A stretch of DNA of 64,000 bases from an uncultured delta proteobacterium (GTDB lineage: Bacteria > Myxococcota_A > Polyangia > Fen-1088): positions 320,001 to 384,000 of the forward strand of contig CAVTRY010000023.1 in NCBI GenBank assembly GCA_963737265.1, in the 5' to 3' direction. A program made the position numbers and the translations under genes. Under the pieces are notes generated by a model, which saw only the letters and a list, made by a program, of their open reading frames with translations, was not told the DNA's origin and searched no databases. This document shows, one piece after another, positions 8,029 to 16,742 of the stretch (its first letter is position 1; the number at the start of each line of letters is the position of its first letter).

Positions 8029-9536
8029 GGAGAACTCGGTGGCTCCGCGAAGTCGCATCGGGTTAGGCTGAACTTCAACGAACCGGGTATCGGATCCAGT
8101 CGAGCGACGACTTTGACTTGCACCTTGGAAATGCCGAACCGCGCTTCCAGTTTGTCGGCCAGCTCCGCGGCGGGAAATGTCCCTTCCTGGCCGAGCGCCG
8201 GGATAGCATCTATCCGAAGGGTCTTGGCATCAGGCTGGTAACAGCTATAGAAGTCCAGATCCTTGGTATCGGCGATGGCTTCATCGAATTGGCGCGTCGT
8301 GACCCAGCGATCTTGCAGATACAGCATGTCCTTGGCCCGGCCGTGCAACACGACGCTTGGGCAGCCATTGAGAAGGCAATTGCAAGGGGAATGGTCGATG
8401 GAGCCAACATCGCCGAGCCGATAGCGCGCGAGCGGCATGGTTCGCGAAGCGGTCGTCGTGATAACGATTGCCCCCAGTTCACCCTCTTCCACGGGTCCTT
8501 CAGGGCCAACGATCTCGGCGACGCACTGTTCCACGCGCACATGCAGCCGGCCGGAAGGGCACTCTTGTCCGATAGCGGTGGCCGCCTCCGTCGCCCCGTA
8601 CCAATCGTAGCTGGCTCTGGAAAACGTATGCTCGATGGCCTTCCTTTGAAAGCGGGTTTGGTACTGATAGCTCGAAGCCAGAAGTCCAACGGAGGGGAGG
8701 GGAATACCGAATTCCTTGGCCCGGCGGACAAACCAATGAAGGTAGACCGGATTGAAGTGCAACATCTCCGGAGCAAAGCGATGAAGTTCTTCGGCGCCCT
8801 TCGCTACGAATTGGCGATCGATGCTAAACAGATCCTCCGTACTGTCGAGGAAAAGCACGTTACCGAGGATTCTCTCTTCGTAGGAAGCCTTGCCTAAGTG
8901 GCAAACCGCCTGGGAACAAATTGGGGTCGTGAAAATCGCAACCTTAGGCGGTTCTCCCCATCGTCTTCCGGTCCATACCTGGGCGTAGCACCCCGGATCC
9001 GTCGCCACTTCATTGCCGAGAATAGCCTGCAATCGTTCGCCGGTGGATCCACTGGTTATAAGAAGAGAGAGATCTTTTCGTTCGAGCCCCGCAGAGAGAT
9101 CCACCTGAGCAGATAGCAAATCGAGAAAGTGCGCTCGTATATCTGCCTTGGTTAGTATCGGGAGCAACCGGATATCTTCCTCACAGTTGATGGCGACGGA
9201 CGTGTAGGCGGCTTGGGCGCGGTAATAGGGTACCTCTTCCTGGATGAAGGCCATGAATTGGCGCAGTTGGAAGAGGGATTGGCGCCGCCGGACCTCGCCC
9301 GGCGTCAGGCCCTCTTTCAGAAGTCCGGCGCTTCGCAGGATGCCCAGTACATCTTCGGCGTTCCGAGCTTCGGGATCGATCGCCATCGTAGCCTCAGGCC
9401 CAAGCAGTAGCTGAGCCGCAGAGCCATCCTCAATGGCGATCTCCACAGTCAAGTCGATTGCGCGATCCGTGAAGACAAGACCTTCGGGCGTTACGCCGGC
9501 GCTGACGCCGCTACGAAGGGGCATCGTTTCAGACAT
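8025..9536 (-). CDS. PaaK/CapK-like adenylate-forming ligase with an extra N-terminal domain
   Basis: LPILTKADIR, TSGSTGE, YGATE, RYRLGD, GRAKD adenylation motifs; GGAG SD before ATG 9536; ~85-aa N-terminal extension. Confidence 0.85.
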   Translation of the reverse strand: MSETMPLRSGVSAGVTPEGLVFTDRAIDLTVEIAIEDGSAAQLLLGPEATMAIDPEARNAEDVLGILRSAGLLKEGLTPGEVRRRQSLFQLRQFMAFIQEEVPYYRAQAAYTSVAINCEEDIRLLPILTKADIRAHFLDLLSAQVDLSAGLERKDLSLLITSGSTGERLQAILGNEVATDPGCYAQVWTGRRWGEPPKVAIFTTPICSQAVCHLGKASYEERILGNVLFLDSTEDLFSIDRQFVAKGAEELHRFAPEMLHFNPVYLHWFVRRAKEFGIPLPSVGLLASSYQYQTRFQRKAIEHTFSRASYDWYGATEAATAIGQECPSGRLHVRVEQCVAEIVGPEGPVEEGELGAIVITTTASRTMPLARYRLGDVGSIDHSPCNCLLNGCPSVVLHGRAKDMLYLQDRWVTTRQFDEAIADTKDLDFYSCYQPDAKTLRIDAIPALGQEGTFPAAELADKLEARFGISKVQVKVVARLDPIPGSLKFSLTRCDFAEPPSSP

Positions 9537-9637
9537 GCTTGCTCCACGCCGCAAGGGAGATAGTTATGGTTTGCCTGGTCTTCATGGTGGATTCATCCCA
9601 CGAGACGATTGCCTCGAAATGACGGAGTCGATAGAGA

Positions 9638-9653
9638 TGCAGATGGTGGTCCA
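9638..9653 (-). promoter_or_regulatory. Possible sigma54 -24/-12 promoter for the ligase-desulfurase-methyltransferase operon
   Basis: TGGACCACCATCTGCA, same TGGAC-N7-TGCA form as 5185-5200. Confidence 0.45.
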
Positions 9654-9791
9654 CGAGGGCCGCATAGGACATGCGGCGGGCAGTGTAGACCGGGTCGATG
9701 GGCGACGCACCGACTTTCGCGGAGCATGCCCGCCCGGCCGCGTAAACCCGCGATCTTGGGCTGGTCCACGACAGCGAGGCGACCGTTGGGG

Positions 9792-9889
9792 AATTCGCCA
9801 GAAATCCGGCTCGCCCACCCACATTTTGGATGCTTCTTGCGTCCATCCTGGGCGCGGGCTATGAATCGGCACTCTCCGGGCACGTAGCT
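9792..9889 (+). repeat. Direct repeat copy 2 (intact tRNA-Arg promoter and 5' end)
   Basis: Aligns to 5454-5550. Confidence 0.9.
9837..9865 (+). promoter_or_regulatory. sigma70-type promoter of tRNA-Arg
   Basis: TTGCGT-17 bp-TATGAA ending 12 nt before the tRNA. Confidence 0.6.
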
Positions 9890-9951
9890 CATCTGGATAG
9901 AGCACCGGCCTCCGAAGCCGGGGGTAGTGGGTTCGAATCCCGCCGCGCCCA
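9878..9951 (+). tRNA. tRNA-Arg(CCG)
   Basis: GGGCACG acceptor (one A.C mismatch), TAGCTCATCTGGATAGAGC D arm, CCGGC-CT-CCG-AA-GCCGG anticodon arm, GGTTCGAATCC T loop; CCA not encoded. Confidence 0.95.
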
Positions 9952-10008
9952 CACACGGATCGTCAACACCCATGAAATCCGTGCGCGGATCGATTAGCCT
10001 TCGACCCC

Positions 10009-11112
10009 ATGCGCACCGCCACGGCACACGTGTCACCGTCCGCCACCGGCCAGCTTGAGCTTCGAGGAACCTCCAGTCGGCTCATCGCCCTGTTGCGCGA
10101 AAGACAGAAGCTGCTGGCCAACGTGACGCGAAAGAAGGGCAAGCTGGAAAAGTTGCTCGCGACGCTCAACGCCCAGAGTGCGCAGATGGCGCAGATGGCG
10201 AGCGCCGCCCTGCCACTGATAGAAGAGGGGCAGGAAACTGACCGCGAGATCCACCGGCTTTTCGCCGCCATCTTGGCCAGGCCGGACCTGAAGCGAAAGG
10301 ACCGGAGCCGGATTCAGGATCTTTACCAGATGCTGCAGCGAGAGGGTATCCTGCACCGCACGCCAGCGCACGACGACGACATCCTCGAATTCGACCACGT
10401 GTCTAACCGGGAGTCGGCAGAGTATCCCGCTGGCGAGTTTCCGCCACCGCCCGACCCGACTGGCGAAAGCCCGTCCGCAAGGCGCTCGGCGGGCTCCACC
10501 GTGACGGCCATACGGGATCTCTTTCGCCGCCTCGCGACCGCTATCCACCCCGACAAGGCCCAGGACGCGGACTCTCGGGAGCAGCGAACCGAGGCCATGA
10601 AGGAGGTAACCCGCGCCTACCAGGACGGCGATCTGGCCCGCCTGATCGAGCTAGAGAGGGTGTGGCTCGCGGGTGCGCCCCGGGGCTCGGACAGCGATGA
10701 GGACGAGACCGAGCGGCGCTGTTCCAGCCTCGAGCAAATGAACCGCGAGCTGAAGCGCCAGCTTAAAGAGCTGGACGCCAAAACGCGTGAGCTCAAGCGT
10801 TCGTCCGCCGCCGAGTTCGCGACGGAGCTCGGTCTTGGAAGCAGGCACGGGGATGCTCAGCTCGGCGGCCTGCTGTCCACGCTCGAAAACGAGATCGAGG
10901 CTTTGCGAAAGACGCGCGATTTCGTGCAGTCGTTCGTTGACGGCAAGATCACCTGCGCCCAGTTCATCGCCGGCCCTGCGAACGGGCAAAACACGGATCC
11001 TGACGATGATTTCGATGTGGCCGAGCTCGCCGATTTTCTCGCCGACATCCTCATGCCCTCGGGCTTCGACGCCCCGGGCCCCCGCCCGCCTCGCCGCCGC
11101 CGACGGCGGTGA
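10009..11112 (+). CDS. Coiled-coil protein with an internal J-domain-like HPD segment
   Basis: RDLFRRLATAIHPDK...MKEVTRAY flanked by coiled coils. Confidence 0.75.
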   Translation: MRTATAHVSPSATGQLELRGTSSRLIALLRERQKLLANVTRKKGKLEKLLATLNAQSAQMAQMASAALPLIEEGQETDREIHRLFAAILARPDLKRKDRSRIQDLYQMLQREGILHRTPAHDDDILEFDHVSNRESAEYPAGEFPPPPDPTGESPSARRSAGSTVTAIRDLFRRLATAIHPDKAQDADSREQRTEAMKEVTRAYQDGDLARLIELERVWLAGAPRGSDSDEDETERRCSSLEQMNRELKRQLKELDAKTRELKRSSAAEFATELGLGSRHGDAQLGGLLSTLENEIEALRKTRDFVQSFVDGKITCAQFIAGPANGQNTDPDDDFDVAELADFLADILMPSGFDAPGPRPPRRRRRR

Positions 11113-11180
11113 AGCCAACCATGGTTCCGACAGTCAGCGTCGGTCGGTCTTGGATCCTGTCGGCGTCGTCATAGGATAAG

Positions 11181-12719
11181 ATGGGCCACATGTCGCGGCC
11201 ACCGTCGCTTTCAAGCTCGGATGTTGTCCGCAGGAATCAAACGAGAACTCTGATCGAGGATAGCGCCAGTTCGGACGATTCGCTTCATGGCATCCGGCTT
11301 TGGCTCACCGTCGTCGAAAAGACCGAAGCCAGGCTGGTGCCCATGCCGGAATCTGGATTCCTGCGCATCGGGCGCGCTGATGACAGCGATATCGTCCTGT
11401 CAAGCCCCTCGGTTTCACGCAACCACGCCGTGCTGGCCGTGACCAACGGAGCCATTTCCATCAGGGACAGTGGCAGCGCCAACGGCACGCGTGTCGGGGG
11501 CAAGCGCGTCCCACCCAACGGGGAAGAGTCGGTCGCTCCGGGCGTCGCCGTTCTCGTCGGCGGCGTCTCGCTCGTCGTGCACGAGCTTGGCAACGCCGTC
11601 AATCCTGGCCAGCTCGATGCGGGAGGCCAGCGCTGGCTTCACGAGAGCGTCCTGGCCGGAGAACACATCCAGGCACTTCGCTCGGACGCGCGAGCGTCCT
11701 CGGGTTCGCCCTCCAGCAGTCGGGAGACGCCCAGCGGCCTTGGCAGCCTCGTAATCCAGTCGGCGGCAATGAAAAAGCTGTTTCAGCTGGTGGACCGAAT
11801 CGCGCCAGGGACCATTCCAGTGCTGCTGTTGGGAGAAACCGGCGTGGGCAAGGAAGTCGTGGCGGCGGCCATCCACGAGCGCTCGCCGCGCAAGCGAAAA
11901 CCCTACCTGCGCCTCAACTGCTCGGCCTTCGCCGAGAACTTGCTCGAAAGCGAGCTCTTCGGCTTCGAGGCTGGGGCCTTCAGCGGCGCGCGGGTGGCCA
12001 AACCGGGTCTGTTTGAAACCGCGAACGGGGGAACGGTTCTCCTCGACGAAATCGGAGAAATGCCGCTTACGATCCAGGCAAAACTGCTGCGCGTAATCGA
12101 GACGCGCGAGGTGATTCCCCTGGGTGGCACGCGCGTGCGCCGGCTGGATGTGCGCTTTCTGTCGGCCACAAACCGCGACCTGGGCAAAAGAATCAATGAG
12201 GGTCTGTTTCGCGAGGATCTCTACTTCCGGCTGAGCGGCGTCACCGTCGTGGTGCCGCCGTTGCGCGAGCGCGCCTCGGAAATCGCGCCCATGGCGCAAC
12301 AGTTCGCGGCCGAGGCGGCGGCGGCGCTGGGCCGGACCGCGACGCCGACCTTGTCGCGCGGGGCGCTGGATTTTCTGGAAAGGCAACCCTGGCCTGGCAA
12401 TGTTCGCGAATTGCGCAATTGTGTCGAACGCGCCGTCTTGCTTTCCGCCACGCACACGCTTTCGGAAGACGATGTCGACCCGAATCTCGATCGCTTGACG
12501 GCGCGAAATACTAGGAAAACTATGGAAGTCGCGTCGAGGACGGTCGAGAAAATCGGCGGGTCAAGCCCCGAGTCCGCGGAGCGCGAGCAGATCGAGGATG
12601 CGTTGGCCGCCTGTGCGGGCAACCAGACGCGCGCCGCGGCCCTTTTAGGCGTGGCACGCAGAACGTTGGTAAGGAAGCTTGCCGAGATGGGCATTCCGCG
12701 CCCGCGTCGGCGCGCATAA
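11181..12719 (+). CDS. FHA-domain sigma54-dependent enhancer-binding protein
   Basis: FHA motifs IGRA, VSRNHA, GSANGT; GETGVGKE, ESELFG, GAFSGA, LDEIGE, WPGNVREL; Fis-type HTH. Confidence 0.93.
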   Translation: MGHMSRPPSLSSSDVVRRNQTRTLIEDSASSDDSLHGIRLWLTVVEKTEARLVPMPESGFLRIGRADDSDIVLSSPSVSRNHAVLAVTNGAISIRDSGSANGTRVGGKRVPPNGEESVAPGVAVLVGGVSLVVHELGNAVNPGQLDAGGQRWLHESVLAGEHIQALRSDARASSGSPSSSRETPSGLGSLVIQSAAMKKLFQLVDRIAPGTIPVLLLGETGVGKEVVAAAIHERSPRKRKPYLRLNCSAFAENLLESELFGFEAGAFSGARVAKPGLFETANGGTVLLDEIGEMPLTIQAKLLRVIETREVIPLGGTRVRRLDVRFLSATNRDLGKRINEGLFREDLYFRLSGVTVVVPPLRERASEIAPMAQQFAAEAAAALGRTATPTLSRGALDFLERQPWPGNVRELRNCVERAVLLSATHTLSEDDVDPNLDRLTARNTRKTMEVASRTVEKIGGSSPESAEREQIEDALAACAGNQTRAAALLGVARRTLVRKLAEMGIPRPRRRA

Positions 12720-12850
12720 ACCGGACGGGCATTCCTGGGGAGCGCCGTCACCAGTCCACGATCTCGTCGAGAGCGGGTTGAGATCGGACTAATTGGGATC
12801 GTTGCGATGCCAACCGAGCTTAAGCTCTTGAAATCGCTAAAACCCGGCCG

Positions 12851-12866
12851 TGGCACGTGGGCTGCA
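12851..12866 (+). promoter_or_regulatory. sigma54 promoter
   Basis: TGGCACGTGGGCTGCA, close to consensus TGGCACG-N4-TTGC. Confidence 0.7.
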
Positions 12867-12880
12867 TTAGTGAGGCCATC

Positions 12881-13078
12881 ATGATCCCATGCTGTTTCGC
12901 CATCATTCCCGATCGATCCCGTCAACCGATTGCCCTGTTCGCCGATCTCCAAGACGCGATGGAGTGGGGGATCAAGCGCCTAGGTGGCGACGCATTCCGC
13001 ATCAAGTACATCTCCATCGCTCGTATCGAAAGCGAAAATCCCCGGTCGCCAGCCCTCGCCAGCGCGACCCACAGCTAA
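12881..13078 (+). CDS. Small hypothetical protein (65 aa)
   Basis: MIPCCFAIIPDRSRQPIALFADLQDAMEWG..., GC3-rich codons, directly after the sigma54 promoter. Confidence 0.65.
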   Translation: MIPCCFAIIPDRSRQPIALFADLQDAMEWGIKRLGGDAFRIKYISIARIESENPRSPALASATHS

Positions 13079-13122
13079 CCCGGCTGTTGCGCCGGGGCCC
13101 GGCTTGGGCATGATGGCCCTGC

Positions 13123-15090
13123 GTGATCTTTCTGCTGCTGCTTTTCGTTGCGGGGCGGTGCCTCGTCCCGATGGACGAAACCGATCTGTTTTTCAACCTG
13201 AGGCTGGGCGAGATCGTGCTCGGCACCGGCCAGGTTGCGACGGAGAACCTGCTTTCGTTCACCCATCCTGCCGCCACTGACATCAACCTGGCGTGGCTGT
13301 TTCAAATCGTCCTGGCGCTGGCTCATCGCGCGGCTTCGATCCCCGGCACGGTGCTGCTCAAGACGGCGTTCGTGGTCGCCACCTGGGCGGTTCTGTTTCG
13401 AGTCGCCGTCAGGCGCGGAGCCCATCCTGCGCTGGCGGCCTTGGCGCTGGCGCTTTCGGCGTGGGCCGCCGAGCCCCGCTTCGTCGAGCGGCCGCATCTC
13501 GTGACGTTCCTCGGTTTGGCCCTGGTCCTGCTGGCGGTGGAGCGCGCGGAAAGCAAGCAGCCGCACATGCTGTGGTGGCTCGTACTGTGCGGCCTGGTGT
13601 GGGCCAACGCCAATTCGTGTTTTTTTCTAGCGCCGACCGTGTTGCTGTTCTACGCGCTGGGCGCGCGTCTGGATGGGCGCAGCGCGGACGCACGGTGCGC
13701 GCTGCTGGCGGCACTGGCCTTCATCCCCTTCATGTTCGCCACACCGTCGGGCTTCCGCTGTCTCGACTACATCGCCAATCACTTCCGCATGCCGTATCTG
13801 CGTCCGCTGCAGGAATACCGGCACGCGCGCTGGCCGCTCGACGGACCCTTCTTTTTCCTGGCCGCCGGGCTGCTACTCGCGCGTCTTCTGCCGCTGGCCG
13901 TGCGCCGGCTGCCCGTCGCATCCCCGTTGCCTTGGCGTGTCCTTTTGCCGTGCGCGCTGCTTGGCTTGCTGGGCTGCCTGCGCATCCGCTTCGTCGCCGA
14001 GTTCGCCATGCTGGCCGGCCCGGCGCTGGCGGTGGCGACCTCGCGCACGGTGCCGGCCTTGCCGGAACGCTGGCCGCGCTGGCTGGCGGGCGCTTTGTTG
14101 CTTGGCCTGACCATGGCGCCACGTCTGGAGGCGGTGGCGCAAGGCGGACGTTTTCTCGACATCGGCATGGAGCCGGATCTCGTCCCGCTCGCGGCCATCG
14201 AGTTCGCCGAGAGGCACGGCCTGCGGGATCGCATGTACAACGATCTGGAGGTCGGCTCGTACCTGACCTGGCGCGGTTGGCCGAGGTACCGCGTGTTTCA
14301 GGATCCGCGCATCAACGGCTATCCCGAGGCCTTTCACGCCGTGCTTCGCCGCTCGGATCTCGCGCGCCCGGAGTGGCAGAGTTTTCTCGACGGCTTCGGC
14401 GTCGCGTCGGCGCTCATCACCTTTCCTTCGGTCAATCCACGCGGCGCGCTCTTCGATCCCGAAAAGTGGGCGCTGGTGTACCGTGCCAACGACGGCTTGG
14501 TCTTCGCGCGCCGGCCGATACGCGAAGACTTGTCGGAGATCCCGCTGTCGTTTTCCTATTTGGCGGCGACGGGCCTGACGCCAATTCCGCTGCCACGACC
14601 ACCGCGCGAAGCAAGCGTCTCCACGTGCGAATGGCAGCGGCGACTGGGGGACTACTATCGATCCACGGGCGACGACACGACGGCGCTTCATCGCTACGGG
14701 TTGGCACTGGCCGCGAAAGCGGAACCGTCATGCTCCGCGGACGCCCGCGCTGCGGCGGGCGCGCTCGCCTTGCAGCTTGGCGACCCCGCCACGGCGGTGG
14801 GCTTGCTTGAGGGCGCGACTGGCCTCGTCGCCCGAACCAATAATGGCTTTGCCCTGCTGGGTGTCGGCCGGAGCGAAGCCGCCCTGGCCGATTTCGACGG
14901 CGTGCTACGTGACGATGCCGGCAACGACGAAGCGACCTTCGGCCGCGGGCTGTCTCTGGTCGCTCTTGGTCGGGGTGCCGAGGCCGCGACCATGTTCGAA
15001 GCCCTGCTGGCGCGCTCGCCCAACCATGTGTCGGCAAAGGCGGCGCGGCAGCAGCTTGCGCGCCTGCGCGGAGGTGAGATCCATCCGTGA
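13123..15090 (+). CDS. Polytopic membrane protein, GT-C glycosyltransferase-like, with C-terminal TPRs
   Basis: Acidic motif after first TM (ETDLFFNLRLG), many TM segments, GSYL..W, VFQDPR, terminal TPR-like repeats. Confidence 0.65.
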   Translation: MIFLLLLFVAGRCLVPMDETDLFFNLRLGEIVLGTGQVATENLLSFTHPAATDINLAWLFQIVLALAHRAASIPGTVLLKTAFVVATWAVLFRVAVRRGAHPALAALALALSAWAAEPRFVERPHLVTFLGLALVLLAVERAESKQPHMLWWLVLCGLVWANANSCFFLAPTVLLFYALGARLDGRSADARCALLAALAFIPFMFATPSGFRCLDYIANHFRMPYLRPLQEYRHARWPLDGPFFFLAAGLLLARLLPLAVRRLPVASPLPWRVLLPCALLGLLGCLRIRFVAEFAMLAGPALAVATSRTVPALPERWPRWLAGALLLGLTMAPRLEAVAQGGRFLDIGMEPDLVPLAAIEFAERHGLRDRMYNDLEVGSYLTWRGWPRYRVFQDPRINGYPEAFHAVLRRSDLARPEWQSFLDGFGVASALITFPSVNPRGALFDPEKWALVYRANDGLVFARRPIREDLSEIPLSFSYLAATGLTPIPLPRPPREASVSTCEWQRRLGDYYRSTGDDTTALHRYGLALAAKAEPSCSADARAAAGALALQLGDPATAVGLLEGATGLVARTNNGFALLGVGRSEAALADFDGVLRDDAGNDEATFGRGLSLVALGRGAEAATMFEALLARSPNHVSAKAARQQLARLRGGEIHP

Positions 15091-16742
15091 ACGGCGCGCG
15101 TGCCCGCAAGGAACTGCTATTCGCAATCGCGGCGCTGGCACTGGTCGCGGGTCTGGCGACCGAACGAGTGTGGAGGCTGTCGCGCGCGGCGCCGACTGAC
15201 TTCGACGACGCGTACATGTACCTGCGCTATGCCAACAACTGGCTCGCGGGACAAGGATTGGCGTGGAATCGAGGGGAGGGCTCTGTCTATGGCACAACCA
15301 GCCTGTTGCACGTCGCCGTCGTCGCGGCCGTGCGCTGGGCCTTCCCCCGAATGGCTCCGGCAGGCGTGCTGCGCGTCGCCTCCGGCGGGGCAGCTACCGG
15401 CCTGCTCGCGGCCTTGGTGGGAATGCTGGTGCTGTGCCGCCGGGCCGGACGGCGCGCGTGGATCCTTGCGTCCGCCCTGGTGTTGGTGCTCGTCGGGCAT
15501 CGCGATGCCTTCGTCTTTCACGCTGGCACGGGCATGGACACCATGCTGTCGGCGCTGGCCAACGCGGCGCTGGCTTTCAGCTCGCTGCAATTCGCCGCGC
15601 GTCCCACGGTGAAGCGCGGGGCGTGGACCGCTCTCATAGCTGCCATCGCCGTGCTTGCCCGACCGGACAACCTGCTGTGTGCCCTTCTTTGTCCCATGCT
15701 GGCCATCCTGCTGCTTGCGCCACGACCGTGGGGCAAGCCGCTCGCGATGTTTGGCGCGCTGGCGGGCGCTCTGCTCGCGGCGCTCGTGCTCGCCGCTTGG
15801 CGCCTGCTCGGGACTCCGCTGCCGCTTGCGTTTTTCGCCAAGCGACCCTGGTACTACGGTGGCTTCGCGGGCGAATTTACCTGGAACCCGTATCTTTTCT
15901 TCAGGGTCTTCCTGTCCACGGTGTGGCCCTTCGTCGCCGCACTGATCCTGCTCGCCGACCGCGCCGGCTGGCGGCGAGCCGCGGCGCTGCTGCTTCCTGC
16001 CTGCGCGAGCATGGCGATCCTATTTTCGTTCAACCAAATCATGGGTCACCTTGGCCGATTCTACTTTCCGTTCTTGCCCTTCTTCGTCGCCGCTGGCGCG
16101 CTCGAGCTCGCGTCGTGGTTTGATCGAGTCCGCGCCGGGCTGGCGATTCGCCTACGCGTCGTTCTCTTGCGCGCAGGCCTCGCAGTGGCTGCGCTGTTGC
16201 TCGGAGACTTCGCGCTGCTGGCCGCAGCGGAGCGCTACCAGGCTCGCGCCCAGTCCCAGACCCTGGCAGCGACGGGTGGCTACCACGTGCCGGCAGCTTC
16301 GCCCCTGCCCGAGCTCGACTCGTGGCAGTCGGCGCAAGCGATCGCGGCCATTGCCGCCGCCGCGCCCGACGGGACCAGCTTCGCCATGTCGGAACACGGC
16401 CTGCCCGGTGCCCTCGCGCCTCGGGTCGCGATCATCGACGTGCTTGGCCTTCACGACCGTTTCTTTGCCCGCAACGGATTCTCCGCGGCGGAGCTCTTCC
16501 GCCGTAAACCCGACGCCATCTGGATGCCCCACCCCGACCACACGCAAATGCTGCGCGACATTCTCGACAGCGACGACTTGTGGACGCATTACGTTTTCTA
16601 CCCAGACGCATTCACCTATGGTGTGGCGCTGCGTACCGATGGCCCTCGCTACGCGAACCTGGCCGCGCTGTTGGATGAGCAATGGCGAAGGGCCTATTTG
16701 GGCCTGCCCATGGCCGACTACGTGGCCGCGCGAGGCGAGTAG
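15087..16742 (+). CDS. Polytopic membrane protein, GT-C glycosyltransferase-like
   Basis: DDAYMYLRYA, G.TS.L, GMDT, ARPD, IIDVLGL motifs; GTGA overlap with previous gene. Confidence 0.7.
   Translation: MNGARARKELLFAIAALALVAGLATERVWRLSRAAPTDFDDAYMYLRYANNWLAGQGLAWNRGEGSVYGTTSLLHVAVVAAVRWAFPRMAPAGVLRVASGGAATGLLAALVGMLVLCRRAGRRAWILASALVLVLVGHRDAFVFHAGTGMDTMLSALANAALAFSSLQFAARPTVKRGAWTALIAAIAVLARPDNLLCALLCPMLAILLLAPRPWGKPLAMFGALAGALLAALVLAAWRLLGTPLPLAFFAKRPWYYGGFAGEFTWNPYLFFRVFLSTVWPFVAALILLADRAGWRRAAALLLPACASMAILFSFNQIMGHLGRFYFPFLPFFVAAGALELASWFDRVRAGLAIRLRVVLLRAGLAVAALLLGDFALLAAAERYQARAQSQTLAATGGYHVPAASPLPELDSWQSAQAIAAIAAAAPDGTSFAMSEHGLPGALAPRVAIIDVLGLHDRFFARNGFSAAELFRRKPDAIWMPHPDHTQMLRDILDSDDLWTHYVFYPDAFTYGVALRTDGPRYANLAALLDEQWRRAYLGLPMADYVAARGE

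Larger units (their letters stand above)
5454..9889. mobile_element. Small accessory islet at the 5' end of tRNA-Arg, bounded by direct repeats, no integrase inside
   Basis: Flanking ~97-bp direct repeats, three tightly packed genes, visibly more AT-rich codons than core genes (not counted). Confidence 0.65.

Noticed and set aside
9433-10036. Several 90-150 aa ORFs around the tRNA
   Set aside because: They overlap tRNA-Arg and its promoter and are chance frames
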